Assembly (NCBI RefSeq): GCF_035594765.1
Contig: NC_085846.1
Span: 21,749,190-21,813,189 of the forward strand
Direction of reading: 5' to 3'
Source of the DNA: Anolis carolinensis
Taxonomy: Eukaryota
DNA: 64,000 bases
Shown here one piece after another: positions 23,351-35,957 of this stretch. The notes beneath the pieces were generated by a model. That model was not told the DNA's origin, searched no databases, and saw nothing but the letters and a program-made list of their open reading frames with translations. The translations under genes were made by a program, and so were the position numbers. Each line of letters starts with the position of its first letter. Position 1 is the stretch's first letter.

Positions 23351-26300
23351 CTATTAAGGTGGCCATCAATTCAGAGGGGATTCATCAACTTCTCAACGGT
23401 CAAGGTTGTTGTTGGCCAAAATTCTACTTTGGTCTTGACCAGAGCAGACTCACTGAATTCATTAGGCTTATGAATGTGTTGACTCATTATTCAGAAATCG
23501 ATTGAATAGGTCTACTCTAGTTTAAACTGAACAGCAGGTCACCTAACAGCTCCTATATTATGTCTCAGGCTCAGCAGTAACATGCTACTAAATGACTACA
23601 AGGTACTGGGCATCCATAGCAAAAGTGTGGCGCTGCCCTGATACCATGTTCATAAAGTTCTCATGAAAGTTTCTATTTAGCTGCCATGGGAACAGAAAGC
23701 TATCCAGAACGGTTTTGCTTATGTTCTCTTGACCTGTCAGGCATTTATGAAAGACTGAAAAGAAGATGTTAAAATAGATGGGATTGACACTCCTAAATTA
23801 TAGAGAAGGCACAGCGTTTCTGACATGATTCTTAATTTAATGAGAGCTCCTTATCATGCTGGCTGCAGGATCCTGGGAGTTGTAGTGGGGGGAAAAACCT
23901 GAATTCTCCCAATGTCTGGATACAGGATGGCACGCAACTGAAACCATTTGGAGAGAACACCAAACCTTGCATATATTTACAGAGGCCATGTCATTAGATT
24001 AACTTCAACAGAACAATGATCTTTATACTCTTATATATTTTTAACTCAGTTTTAGTGTCTTAGTCACTTGTTGGCCTCCTTCTTCTCACTACGCTCCATT
24101 CCCCCGTACCAGAAATCTTCAACCCATCCTTTAATTAGGCTGCATATACAGATATATCTCCCTCCAGTGGGTGTGAAATTTTCAGTGCCTAGGCTAGCTC
24201 CACTTCTAAAATCAATTATGATTAATTACATTTTAAAACCAATCATGGAGCTCAGGGTGAAATATAAGTCCTATTAAATGCATTATTTTTTAATCCTTAA
24301 TACAAGGAAAGAGAGAGAAGTTTGCGGGGTTGGAGGCAGGTCCAAGGCCAATGACTGTGCTTTATAGACAAGATGAGATTTGAATTTGGATACCTCTAGT
24401 ATTGTGATTCCTCACTGTTGGTTCTCCAGGTGTTTGGACTTCAACTCCCAGAAGCCTTAGCCAATTTGACCGACTGTCAGGAATTCTGGGGGTTGAAGTC
24501 CAAGACACTTGGAGGACCAAATATTGGGAGCCACTGCTATAGTAGTCTCCATAGAATCATAGGATTAGAAGGCAGCTTGATAACCATCTATTCCAACATC
24601 CTGTTCCATGAAGCTAAATCAGGCATGGGCAAACTTCGGCCCTCCAGGTGTTTTGGACTTCAACTCCCACAATTCCTAACAGCCGATCGAAGTTTGACCA
24701 TGCTAGAGCTAGATGCAGCTACAGCATCTGTGACAAATGGATGCCCTCCTTGTAGTCCAAAATATCTCTAGTGTAAGAAATCCCACCAAAGACTGGCCAT
24801 TCCACTGTCAAACAGCTGTTACAATTAGATTTCTCCAAACAATTGCTTTATTTTAAACATTTAGAAGTAAGATGGATTTTTAGCTATATTCTGCTTTAAT
24901 GTATTTTATAAGTTATCTTGGGTGCCACATAAGAGAAAGATGGAGTATAAGAATAAACTAATAATTCATTAAGAAAGGAAAAACTTGCTATACTGTGTCT
25001 TCCGGTTAGTAGTCCATGTTGAGGCACCATCAAGTAGATTAAATGTCCAAAGGGAGTGAAAAAAAACATGGGATTTTCCATCATCAATACTGAGTGTGAA
25101 AGTTCCTCTGTGCACAATACATGTAGGAGTCTGTCTTGCAATACTAGAAACATATCACTTTCCCACCTGCTTGTATGTATAAACACTGCAGATAAAATAA
25201 GCCTTAAGGGACAGTAAATCCACGTCATTATGTATCTTTAGAATGAAGCCTGAAACAAATACATATGTCTCTTGTTCAGTACATTCTGACATCGTGATAA
25301 GTGATTTTGCTAATTGTGTGTTATTACTAAGCCATCGATCACATAGCAGTTGAGCAAAACCACAACAGCAAACAAACATGGCTTGTTTTCCTTATTTCTG
25401 CTTCTCTCCTGCCCTTTTGTTTATGCATTCAGTGTAAACAGCCAAGGAAACAAAACAGGCTGGATCTACACTGCCATATACTGCAGATTAAACACATTGA
25501 TGTGGTTTATATGGCAGTGTAGACACACATAATCCAGTTAAATGCAGTTAATCTTCAATCTGAAACTGCATATTATGGCAGTGTAGATCCAACCTCTGGA
25601 AGGGGCCATTGTTATGAATGGAGATGTCACAACAAGCTATGATGTAAACAAACCACGGTGTTGTCATTTCAACCCACATCATGGATTGCTGTGACGTGAC
25701 ATGCAAATGCACCCTTTGGCAAGGATTAATACTTTCTACTGCCAGGGAAGTTCACTGCCAGGTTAATAGCTCACAACAAACACATTAGGAGAGATTAAAC
25801 AGAATGCACTAGCACACTGGCTCATCTACAAATTAGAATTCCCTTGAAATTTAGTTTGCTGTGACCTCTGGATGCGGCCACTACGTCTAAAGACCTGTTT
25901 AGTAAGCAAAGGCATGCTCTTCCATGTGTACATGAGTATATGGTCTGATGCCCTTCAGCTCAAGTCACAATTGCTGTTCTCTCAGTCTTATAGTACCCCT
26001 GTTCAGTGTGACATGTCATAGAGCAAATTAGGAATTGCTGGAGCTTTTTCATCCACGCAACCTATAGAAGCTCAGAAGCATCATTAACATTTAACAATTA
26101 CTGTTAACAGCTCAAAACTGAATTCATTATTGGTAATCGTTTTGAGGAAGAATTATACAATTAAATCATTATGTAAATGGTTAATCGTATGTTAATAATG
26201 GGTTACGTTTACATTTTAAAATGACTAGACAAAGCAAAGAAATACCCCCCGACCGCCCTTGGAAATACTACCCAGACGTAAAGTAAATGTGAAATGGTTA

Positions 26301-27975
26301 TTGTTATTCAACAAATTTGCACTGGATTGTTGCAATAATATTTTTTGAAAGTGTTGTAGAAAGCGATTACAATTTAAGGGCAACAAATAAATGTTAATTA
26401 ATTCCAAGTACCGCAGAAACCACAGAGGGATTACCACCTTAAATCTCCTGCATTGAAAGCCAGATATAAATCTGCATGCCAAGAAAGAAAATGAGGGGCT
26501 GAAGGATCTCTCTGCCTGTCCACTGTCTCCTGGAACCCAAATAAAAATTAATATAATTACTCACAACAGTCTGTCAACACTAATAGTCTGAGACGTGAAC
26601 CTTATCCTCTTCATGCCTAAGCAATGCCATTCACATTGATGTATGCAGGACCCAAATGCTAGAATGCTAATTCATACAAACAAGCATCATTACTCTTCAT
26701 TTTTAAAAATTGGGGAAATACTTCTAACCCTAAGAATTCTGCATATGGATATTGAATATTTGGAGGTGCATCTATACTGCAGAATTAATGCACTTTCACA
26801 CTACTTTGACTGCTGTGGCTCAATGCTATGGAATCGTTGGATCTGTAGTTTGCTGTGGCTACAACACTTGGCAGAGAATGTTAAAGGCCTTGTAAAACTA
26901 CAACTCCCATTATTCCAGTGCACTGAGCCATGATAGTTATGTCTGATGTCCAGGACAACTGAATGTGTGCATTTCCCCCCTTGAAATGGACAAATATTCC
27001 AATGGGTTTCAAACACATTTAGATACATTATAACACTATTAGGAAAGACAAAATCATGTGCAACATAGTGAAGCCTTAGGCCAATTGTAAGGCCCTGTAA
27101 ATATATATGTCAACACCTCTGTCCTCATTGACCCGTTTGTCAAACTAAAGGCTGAATCCAAGATTGAATCTGTAGTTTTGTGATTCAGTGCAAAAAGTAA
27201 AAAGTAATAGATGTCACCATGTTTCATAAAGCTATTTTGTCAGATAGGCACTATTTGGCTGAAGGATTCTAGAAAATATGATCCAAATATGTAACTTTCC
27301 CAAGCTCTTGTAACGGTATGAAATGAATTATTAATACATCATGTTTCTCACAAGGGAGTTTCTAACACGCTATTCTAACTGCACTGATGGATTGCTTTTT
27401 CAATGTAATTCGAATGCCTTTCTTAAACCACTGATATCATTTCCTAAATAATCATCTCTATATGTCTTTCTTCAAGCTTGCAATATTACTCTCTCATATT
27501 ACCTAATGGGTGAAGCATGGCATTGATAAATCACTGAAGCTGTTTCATTTAAAAATCATGACTTTGTGGTCTTTTTACCTCTTTGTGGGCAATGCTTTCC
27601 CTCTTCACCTTGCAAGGCAACATATTATGGTAAAGTAAGGTAAAGGATCGGACACCTGTCGTGGATGATGGGAACTAAATATTTTTTTGGCAGGATATGA
27701 TAAGTTTTAACCAACTCATAAGTAATAATGATTTCCATCCTCAGCTTTTTTCTTTCCCTGGCTGAGACAGTTCTTTCTCTTTCCGGTCCAACATGCCCCA
27801 TCTTAAGTGATATAATACCATGCAACATTTTTACAGATAGCAACTGAGACATGTGTGACGAAGCAACATTATAGTGTGGTAAAGATGGCAAAAGTTACTA
27901 ATGAGGAAGAACACATAAACTAGGAGAGGCTATGGCAGTGTGCTTTTACCTGAGCCTACGGGGAAAGGCAAGATT

Positions 27976-28185
27976 CTTCCAACAGACAAGAGTTCTTTCT
28001 CCCACCCTGGACTTTTCACAGATATATAAACCTCCCTTGCTTAGTTTTCCAATATACCTCACAACCTCTGAGGATGCCTGCCCTAAATGTGGGTGAAACG
28101 TCAGGAGAGAATGCTTTTGGAACATGGCCATACAGCCTGGAAAATGCACAACCCAGTGATTCTGGCCATGAAAACCATCGACAAC
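27976..28185 (+). mobile_element. Penelope-like element pseudo-LTR fragment
   Basis: Homologous to 29425-29604 at the 3' end of the GIY-YIG-bearing copy; contains a hammerhead motif. Confidence 0.85.
28065..28105 (+). ncRNA. Minimal type I hammerhead ribozyme motif (Penelope pLTR)
   Basis: cct-CTGAGGA-t-gcctgc/gtgggt stem II-GAAAC-GTC-agg; predicted cleavage after 28102. Confidence 0.7.
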
Positions 28186-28291
28186 ACAAAGAAAAGATTC
28201 TCCTCTCTTCTGTTTTGCAGAGTTGACTGAGCGCAAAGTAGCATTTGAACATTTTGGAAATAGCAACCTTCTCAAGCCTGCACTAGTTATA

Positions 28292-29819
28292 TGTTGTGTA
28301 TGTAATTCAGATTGCTTACTGTATTATGCATGTGTCTGTTGGTATGAAATTTTACCTTAACTCTTTGTTGTGGGAGGGGTTACAGACCATGTGATCAGAA
28401 CTAGGCTTGTTGAGGACTCAGACTCCATTTTAGAACAGTTCAGTTTAGACTTCAGTAAGAACTGTACACTTCAGACTTCAGTGCAGGAATTGTATGCTTA
28501 GAGACTTCAGTGGAAACAGATATATGCTTTTAGAAGTCAGTAGGAACAAAATGCTGCACAGAAGCCATTAGACTCCTTTGGACTTTCAGACTAGACAGAG
28601 ACTCTATTAGACTCTCAGAACAGAGAGATGCTTTGGATTTTGAACTGTTGATTATAAGAAATATGCCTGTTTTAACCTACTGGGCTCTACAGGCCAATGG
28701 ATACTCCACCACAGACATCAGAAGAGCTGCAAATCCAATAACAAGCCATGAGAGAAAAGACAAAAATCCACACAGAGGAAAAGCATTCTTACCATACATC
28801 AAGGGAACTACTGACCGCATAGGGAAGCTGATGAAGAAACACAGCCTGCAAACTATCTACTAAGAAAATCCAACAAATGCTACATTCAGCAAAGGACAAG
28901 AGGGATCCTCTCACCTCTGCAGGAGTCTACCGTATACCATGCAGCAGTGGACAAGTATTCATAGAGACCACCAAACTCAGCATTGCCCAAACCTGATCAA
29001 GGAACATAAAAGGCACTGCAGACTAACTCAACCAAAGAAGTCTGCCATAGCAGAGCACTTGATGAACCAAACTGGACACAGATATTATTTGAGAACATAG
29101 AAATGCTGGACCACTCCAACATCTACCATGTCAGACTACTCAGAGAAGCCAATGAAATCCACAAGCATGTAGACAATTTCAACAGAAAGGAGAAAACCAT
29201 CAAAATGAACAAAGTCTGGCTACCTGTATTTAAAAAATACCTCTAAAGTCAGGACAGTAAATAAAGAATAACACTCTGAAAACAGAGGAATTCCAAAAAT
29301 TAAACAATCAGGGACAGCTAACACCTCCAAACAAAAGATTCTACCAGACAGGAAGAAGCCAGGCTTTGAGGCCACAGGCCCATCAAATGCTAATCAAGGT
29401 GATTAATTACAACATCCACACCTGCCTCCAACAGACAAGAGTTCTTTCTCCCACCCTGGACCTTCCACAGATATATAAACCCTCCTTGCCTAGTTTCCAA
29501 CATACCTCATAACTTCTGAGGATGTGTGCCACAGATGTGGGCAAATGTCAGGAGAGAAAGCTTCTGGAACATGGCCTTACAGCCCGAAAGACTCACAACA
29601 ACCCAATATACCCTGTGTTATCCACACAGAGAAACCACTTTAAATCTACTTGTAACTGGATTGATATGCAAAGTACCTGTATGCTGAATACATGAAGTTT
29701 GTGAGTAAACCAATGATGTTACTTTGAAAGAAATCTACTTATTTTTTGTCTCTTGAGAGCATGATTTAAACCAAGAGGTTTTAAGGGAGAGTAGATGTTT
29801 TGGGGCAACTAAAAGAACA
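28292..29819. mobile_element. Probable solo LTR split by the Penelope insertion
   Basis: TGTT...AACA ends, internal AGACTTCAGT repeats, AGTAAA-type signal at ~29704. No matching TSD seen. Confidence 0.45.
28672..29604 (+). mobile_element. 5'-truncated Penelope-like retroelement (linker + GIY-YIG endonuclease + pLTR), pseudogenised
   Basis: LQANGYS, FLPYIKGTTDRIGKL, GVYRIPCSSGQVFIET (28922-28969), SAIAEH, NFNR; frameshifts and stops present. Confidence 0.92.
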
Positions 29820-29888
29820 CTTCTGAAACTGTGATTTTGTAGTTTGGTGAAGCACCAGCATTTTTGGAAATTGGTGGCTGAAGAAAAT

Positions 29889-30025
29889 GGCCCCTTCCAC
29901 ACAGCTGAATAAAATCCCACATTATCTGCTTTGAACTGGAATATATGGCAGTTTGGACTCAGAAAACCCAGTTCAAAGCAGATATTGTGGTATTTTCTGC
30001 CTTGATATTCTGTGTGGAAGGGCCC
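29889..30025. mobile_element. PIF/Harbinger-like MITE
   Basis: TIR GGCCCCTTCCACAC...GTGTGGAAGGGCCC. Confidence 0.75.
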
Positions 30026-30119
30026 TTTGTAAAACTGCTATTCCTACAATTCCATCACACAGGGACAGAAACACTTAAAGTGGTGTCAGCATTCATTATA
30101 CAGTATAGATGCACCCTTA

Positions 30120-30264
30120 GGCCCCTTCTACACTGCCATATAAAATCCAGATTATCTGTTTTGAACTGGATTATATGTCACTGTAGACTCATAACTAGTT
30201 CAAAGCAGATAATGTGGATTATCTGATTTGATAATCTGGATTATATGGCAGTGTAGAAGGGGCC
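30120..30264. mobile_element. PIF/Harbinger-like palindromic MITE
   Basis: GGCCCCTTCTACACTGCCATATAA arms, 3-bp TTA TSD. Relatives at 25459-25592, 31543-31619, 61812-61960 and 62190-62336. Confidence 0.88.
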
Positions 30265-30919
30265 TTAGATGCAAGCTTTTCAGGGCAGGCTAACCCCCGT
30301 ATATACCTATTGTAAAGCTCTCTAGGCATCATGAGGGGGCTTCCAATCAGTGAGTTTGTTCAGGTACCGCTTTGTAATTTACTAGAACCTCAAGTTGGAC
30401 CAACCAGAAAATGGTGCAATGCAAGCAAATTTTGAATGCAATCTATGGATATTTACCATATCCCAGAATTGAACAAAGCTCCTGCTTTTATTATACAAAA
30501 ACCTGTTTTCTTACTCCAGGTTTTCTTTATTTCATTGCCATAACTTGAGGGAAAGGGAAGGAGTGAATTTATCCTATTTTTATACAACTGGAAACCAGAA
30601 ATCCTTGCCAAGCTACTGCACACTGTACTACAGAGAGAGATACCAGTGGGTGTAGATTAACCTTTTGCACATTCCTGCTAGAAAGTACAATACGTTGATG
30701 TGGCAATCGTGGTTGGTCTAATTTAAAGTGGGGGAAATAGTTGAAGTGGTGCCGGCAATCATGCTCATGCCAGTTTCTAATCCACCACGCTACCTACTTG
30801 GGTTTTGGATAATCTGTTATACAGATTCTATTCAAATATCTAGGAATCTGAGATATCGTCAGATTATGTGGCATGTTCCAAATAGTGTCACTTAGTGTAA
30901 TGGTGTCATTGTGATACTA

Positions 30920-31490
30920 TTGATGCGGATTTCATTCTGCTCCTCTCTGGCTCTTCATTTATGTATATGCAGGGCCATGGAAATTGAGGATTTGCCTCAG
31001 TATTTGTTTTCCTGCCCGCTGTATTCTGAGTCAAGGTCCTAGCCTTTATCTCCTTCAAACTAATACTTGTGTCAGAAAAGATTTTCTCCCTTTTGGCTGA
31101 CACTAACCCTGTGGTTACTCGCAAGGTGGCTCTTTTTGCCCTGGCAGCACAGAAAATCCAGGCAAGACTAATTTCTGATATTGCAATCCACTGTGCTGGG
31201 GATGCTTTTAAGTAATAGTGGTTGTTTATATCCAAGGTGTTCCCTGCTTAAGTTTTAATAATGTTGTATTTACTTGGTTTTATCTGGTTTTTAATTATGC
31301 AGGTGCTAGGAAGTACCTTATGTAGTATTTTAAGGACATTTCTCGCCATTGATATATGTAGCATTTTAATGATTTATATAGGAGTTTAATGGTGTATTTT
31401 ATATTGTATTTAATAATCTGGTTTTCATGTATTTATTTGTTTGCCTTATATATGAAAGACTTATGGTATGAGCTTCAAATAAAACTATTA
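30920..31490 (+). mobile_element. Old non-LTR retrotransposon 3' remnant (RTEX-like)
   Basis: HLCICRAMEIEDLPQYLFSCPLY (decayed CCHC knuckle) and LLADTNPVVTRKVALFALAA, then T-rich UTR and AATAAA. Confidence 0.5.
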
Positions 31491-31797
31491 CGTATCCTCC
31501 AACTGTACTGATTTGGCAAGAACTGTCCAGATTGATTCAAAGGTTGGATCTACACTGCCATATAATCCAAATTATCACATCAGATAATCTGGATTTTATA
31601 TGGCAGTGTAGATGGGACCTAAGTACCACTTTTTCAGCTGCTTTTAAAATATCCTGGTTTCTCTCCACTTGTCTCACGTCCCTCCTTCATTCTCATCAAT
31701 CGCTGCCAATTTCTTGCTAAGTAAGAAATCATAGTTTGCATTCAATTAGCTCAGAAAGAGAACAAGAGAGGCCAGAATCTTGCCCTTCCAAGTAGAC

Positions 31798-31932
31798 CAG
31801 TGGTTCTCAACCTGTGGGTCCCCAGATGTTTTGGCCTACAACTCCCAGAAATCCCAGCCAGTTTACCAGCTGTTAGGATTTCTGGGAGTTGAAGGCCAAA
31901 ACATCTGGGGACCCACAGGTTGAAAACCACTG
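31798..31932. mobile_element. hAT MITE with SPIN-like TIR (CAGTGGTTCTCAACCT)
   Basis: Palindromic, degenerate TSD AAGTAGAC/AACTAAAC; homolog at 61435-61569. Confidence 0.88.
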
Positions 31933-32261
31933 AACTAAACTCTAGCAACAGAAAATCGCTCTCTGATCTTCTGGGTTCATTAATGATTTTCAACATCATG
32001 ACCACACCCTGATATTGCTTGGCCACACAATCCTAGTTTTCATCTGTATAACACTTCAGGATATAGAGGAAGTATCATTATGCTTAGAAGAACCCGAGGT
32101 TTGTAAAAGTATCCAAAAGAAGATTGAGTAGGTTTCCATCCAAATACTTTCATAAACATTGAGCATCTCAGAATGTGGAATATTGGAAAGAAAAAAAACA
32201 GGAATGGGAAGAATGACATGTTTTAGTTTGAGAAAGAAGCCTAACTGGAAATATCTTACCA

Positions 32262-32561
32262 CAGGCAGCCCACTAGTTACAAACATCCGACTGACAAACA
32301 ACTCATATTTAAGAATAGGGGTGAGACAACAGGAAGATAGAAAAATCTACCCCTCGGAAGGGAAATTCACCCTGGAAAGAGTTATGATGGGGAAGATGTG
32401 TCTCCACTGAAGATTTCTCACCAATCCTTGTTTCCACAAGAATCCAATTTTTTCAAAAATCTAATCATCACAGGGACAGAAAGTGAGGTGAAATCTTCTG
32501 AACAGGAGCACAGACAGCAAAACAAACTCCACAGTGGTGGTAACTCTTCCCTATGTTATCC
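32262..32561. mobile_element. Tigger-like MITE truncated by the assembly gap
   Basis: Homologous to 13983-14423. Confidence 0.8.
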
Positions 32562-32726
32562 NNNNNNNNNNNNNNNNNNNNNNNNNNNNNNNNNNNNNNN
32601 NNNNNNNNNNNNNNNNNNNNNNNNNNNNNNNNNNNNNNNNNNNNNNNNNNNNNNNNNNNNNNNNNNNNNNNNNNNNNNNNNNNNNNNNNNNNNNNNNNNN
32701 NNNNNNNNNNNNNNNNNNNNNNNNNN
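32562..32726. other. Assembly gap (165 N)
   Basis: Run of n. Confidence 1.
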
Positions 32727-32729
32727 ATA

Positions 32730-33331
32730 TTTCCAAAGCTTGGGAAATTAATACAGCAATGCTGCACAGCCACAGTGAGATCACAGTGAGATTCCCAAAA
32801 GATGCTGGAAGCAGAGCCAATAGATTGAGGCTCCTAGGAGTTGTAGTCTAATATATATAATTTCATATATGGAGCCCCCAGTGGTGCAGTGGGTTAAACC
32901 ACTGAGCTGCTGAACTTGCTGACGGAAAGGTTGGCAGTTCAAATTCAGGGAGAGGGGTGAGCTCCTGCTGTTAGATCCAGCTTCTGCCAACCTAGCAGTT
33001 TGAAAACATGCAAATGTGAGTAGATCAATAGGTACCCCTCTAGCGGGAAGGTAATGGTGCTCCATGCAGTCATGCAGGCCACATGACCTTGGAGGTGTCT
33101 ACAGATAACGCTGGCTCTTCAGATTAGAAATGTAGATGATCACCAACCACCAGAGTCAGACACGACAAGACTTAATGTCAGGGAAAATTTTTACCTTTAT
33201 TTATATATATGAGACTACAACTCCCAGGATCCTAAATCTATTGGCTCTGCTTCCAGCATCTTTTGGGAATCTCATTGTGATCTCACTGCAGCAGTGCACC
33301 ATTGCTGTATTAATTTCCCAAGCTTTGGAAA
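32730..33331. repeat. ~120-bp inverted repeat (32730-32849 / 33212-33331) with a Sauria SINE in its loop
   Basis: Arms are reverse complements with only scattered mismatches. Confidence 0.88.
32871..33198 (+). mobile_element. Sauria SINE
   Basis: GGAGCCCCC head, ACCTTT tail, AT-rich TSD-like flanks. Confidence 0.92.
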
Positions 33332-33905
33332 CAATACTTCCTTTCATTCAACCCACATTCCTTTGGCCCATAATTCCGCATTGTTGATTCATGTACAGTT
33401 CTCTTATCCATTGGGGATCCCATCAGTTTGTACCAAAAAACCCCCGTCTCTTAGCAAGCCAGTTCCATTTTATATTTATCCATTCAGTGCTTTCTTTTTG
33501 CCCACTCAAAAATACATTAATAGTTGACAGAGGCAAGTCACAATTGCTGTTCTCTCAGTCTTTATACGGCACCCCTGTTCAGTGTGACATGGCATGGAGT
33601 TGTAACGTGGTGTTCAAGTAAACTAGGAATTGCTACGTATGTAGTAACATAAGAGAAGCCCTTTACTGAATATGAACATTATGGAACTTCACAATCCTAA
33701 TTCACACAAACATAAGTCCACTAATGCTGATAGGACTTCCTAGAAAGATTCTGGCTATAGTTTTCCTCTCCAAAACACAAAGCAAAGAGTCTTTTTTTTG
33801 TAACTGGGTAGTCCTTAATTTCTAGATTGACCAATTGAACCACCTTTAGAAGTAATGGGGCAAAAACATGTGAGTGATACAACAACCACAACTTCAGCAA
33901 ATATT

Positions 33906-34228
33906 AAAGGTAAAGGTTTCCCCTGACGTTAAGTCCAGGGGTTGGTGCTCTGGGGGTTGGTGCTCATCTCCATTTCTAAGCCGAAGAGCCGGCGTTGTCC
34001 ATAGACCCCTCCAAGGTCATGTGGCCAGCATGACTGCATGGAGCGCCGTTACCTTCCCGCCGGAGCGGTACCTATTGATCTACTCACATTGGCATGTTTT
34101 TGAACTGCTAGGTTGGCAGAAGCTGGAGCTAACAGCAGGCGCTCACACTGCTCCCAGGGTTTGAACCTGGGACCTTTCGGTCTGCAAGTTCAGCAACTCA
34201 GTGCTTTAACCCACTTCGCCACCGGGGC
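33906..34228 (-). mobile_element. Sauria SINE with 5' fold-back
   Basis: Family match; extreme head replaced by an inverted duplication. Confidence 0.92.
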
Positions 34229-35525
34229 GAAGTGGGTTATATTATATTATATTACCTAATAAGGCCAACTGTAATGTCCATGTGTATGGCTTCAATCAGC
34301 CCTTGGTTCTTGACACCATAAAAAGATGACTGGTAGAAGTGACAAAAATAATCAGTGTTGGGCATATTATCGTAGCTCACATCTATTTTTCAAAGGTTTA
34401 AGGTAAATTCTCTCTATAGTAGCACTTAGAATTACTTAAGGCAGGGATGAACGACTTCTCTGAGGCCCAGGATTCACCCCACCAGATCCCAGATCCACTA
34501 GATCCTCCTGCACCCCTCTTCTTAAAAAAAAAAACTTTCAAAATTACATCCTGGTTGGCATCATGGTCAGTGGCAACACAGCAAGTTGGGCTTACGTGCT
34601 CGTAACTACTGGGCATTCCCATTTATGAATGTTATTGTCCAAACAATGACCCATAAACCTAACTTGTCAGCTTGGCAGCATCCCAGTTAAAGAGTTTCTG
34701 AGGTGCTATTGATTGGAGTGTTGGGAAATACCATCTGCAGGGATTTCCCAGTCATGGGATGCATTAACACAAGCGGTTGAAGCAAACCCCACAGTCTCTG
34801 CAGCTGTCTGGAAGATTTCCCAGCTATTTGTTTGTATTGTGTGCAGTGACAACTCTACATCAGTGAGAGGGAACTTTTTTTTTAATTACAGCTCCCATAA
34901 ATTCCAGGATATATTACTAAAGGCCAGGGATTAGAAGAACTGTAGTCCAAAACATCGGGGGGGGGGGTCATCTCTCTGCTTTTCATGATCCATAAAACAG
35001 TTAAATAAATGATAGAAGCTGTGTTTAAAAAAGAAAAAAAACCCTCCAGACTTTAGAATGTTACTTAGGGATCCCCCCAAAAGGTCATATTTCACACCCA
35101 ATACTGTTGTTCTCCGGATTATTATTCCCACCATGTCTGATTAAGATGGCTACTGTAATGACTTGAAGGCTACGTATAAGTATTGGAGGAGTGGGGAGAA
35201 TGACACACTGATATCCCACGTGTTTGATAATCTGACAGCACAAAGGTCAATTTCTTACTCACCCCAAAACCCCTAACTTGATCCCATAGTTCTATGTAAG
35301 GCACAACTCTGCGTGATTGCTTGCATACTTTTCAAAATAGTAAGCATTGACATGCACATAGTTGCTATATGCCCACATCTCATTTTCCAATACGCTGTGA
35401 CTTTACCGTAGAGTGTTTTCTGCAGGACTTCAGGCAGACAGTTTGCCTTTGCCTTTGCTTTCCTCTGAGGTTGAGAGAGTGTTACTTGTCCAAGGTCACC
35501 CTGTGGGATTCCATAGTTGAGTGCG

Positions 35526-35800
35526 TTTTTTTCCCATGTCAGGAGCGACTTGAGAAACTGCAAGTCACTTCTGGTGTGAGAGAATTGGCCGTGTGCAAGG
35601 ACGTTTCCCAGGGGATGCCCAGATGTTTTGATGTTTTACCCTACTTGTGGAAGGCTTCTCTCATGTTCCCGGCATTGGGGGCTGGAGCTGACAGAGGGAG
35701 CTCACCCACTTTCCCCAGATTTGAACTGGCAACCTTTAGGTCAGCAACCCAACCTTCAAGTCAGCAGTCCTGCCGGCACAAGGGTTTAACCCATTGCTCC
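35526..35800 (-). mobile_element. tRNA-head SINE (family of 12256-12622) inserted in an older CORE-type SINE (~35360-35815)
   Basis: T-tail, gtcaggagcgacttgagaaactgcaagtcacttctggtgtgagagaattggc tail module. Confidence 0.82.
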
Positions 35801-35957
35801 AGTTGAGTGGTGATTGCTCGCCCAGAGTTGTAACACAAACGAACATACTGCAGTGGCTCTCACAAGCCTAATTCACATTATTACTGCAGTCGTGCTCATT
35901 CCTTGATGCATCTCACACAAATAAGAATACACACCCAACAACAGCCTCGCCCTCGTT

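Noticed and set aside
32398-32851. ORFs containing X runs
   Set aside because: Artefacts of the N gap.
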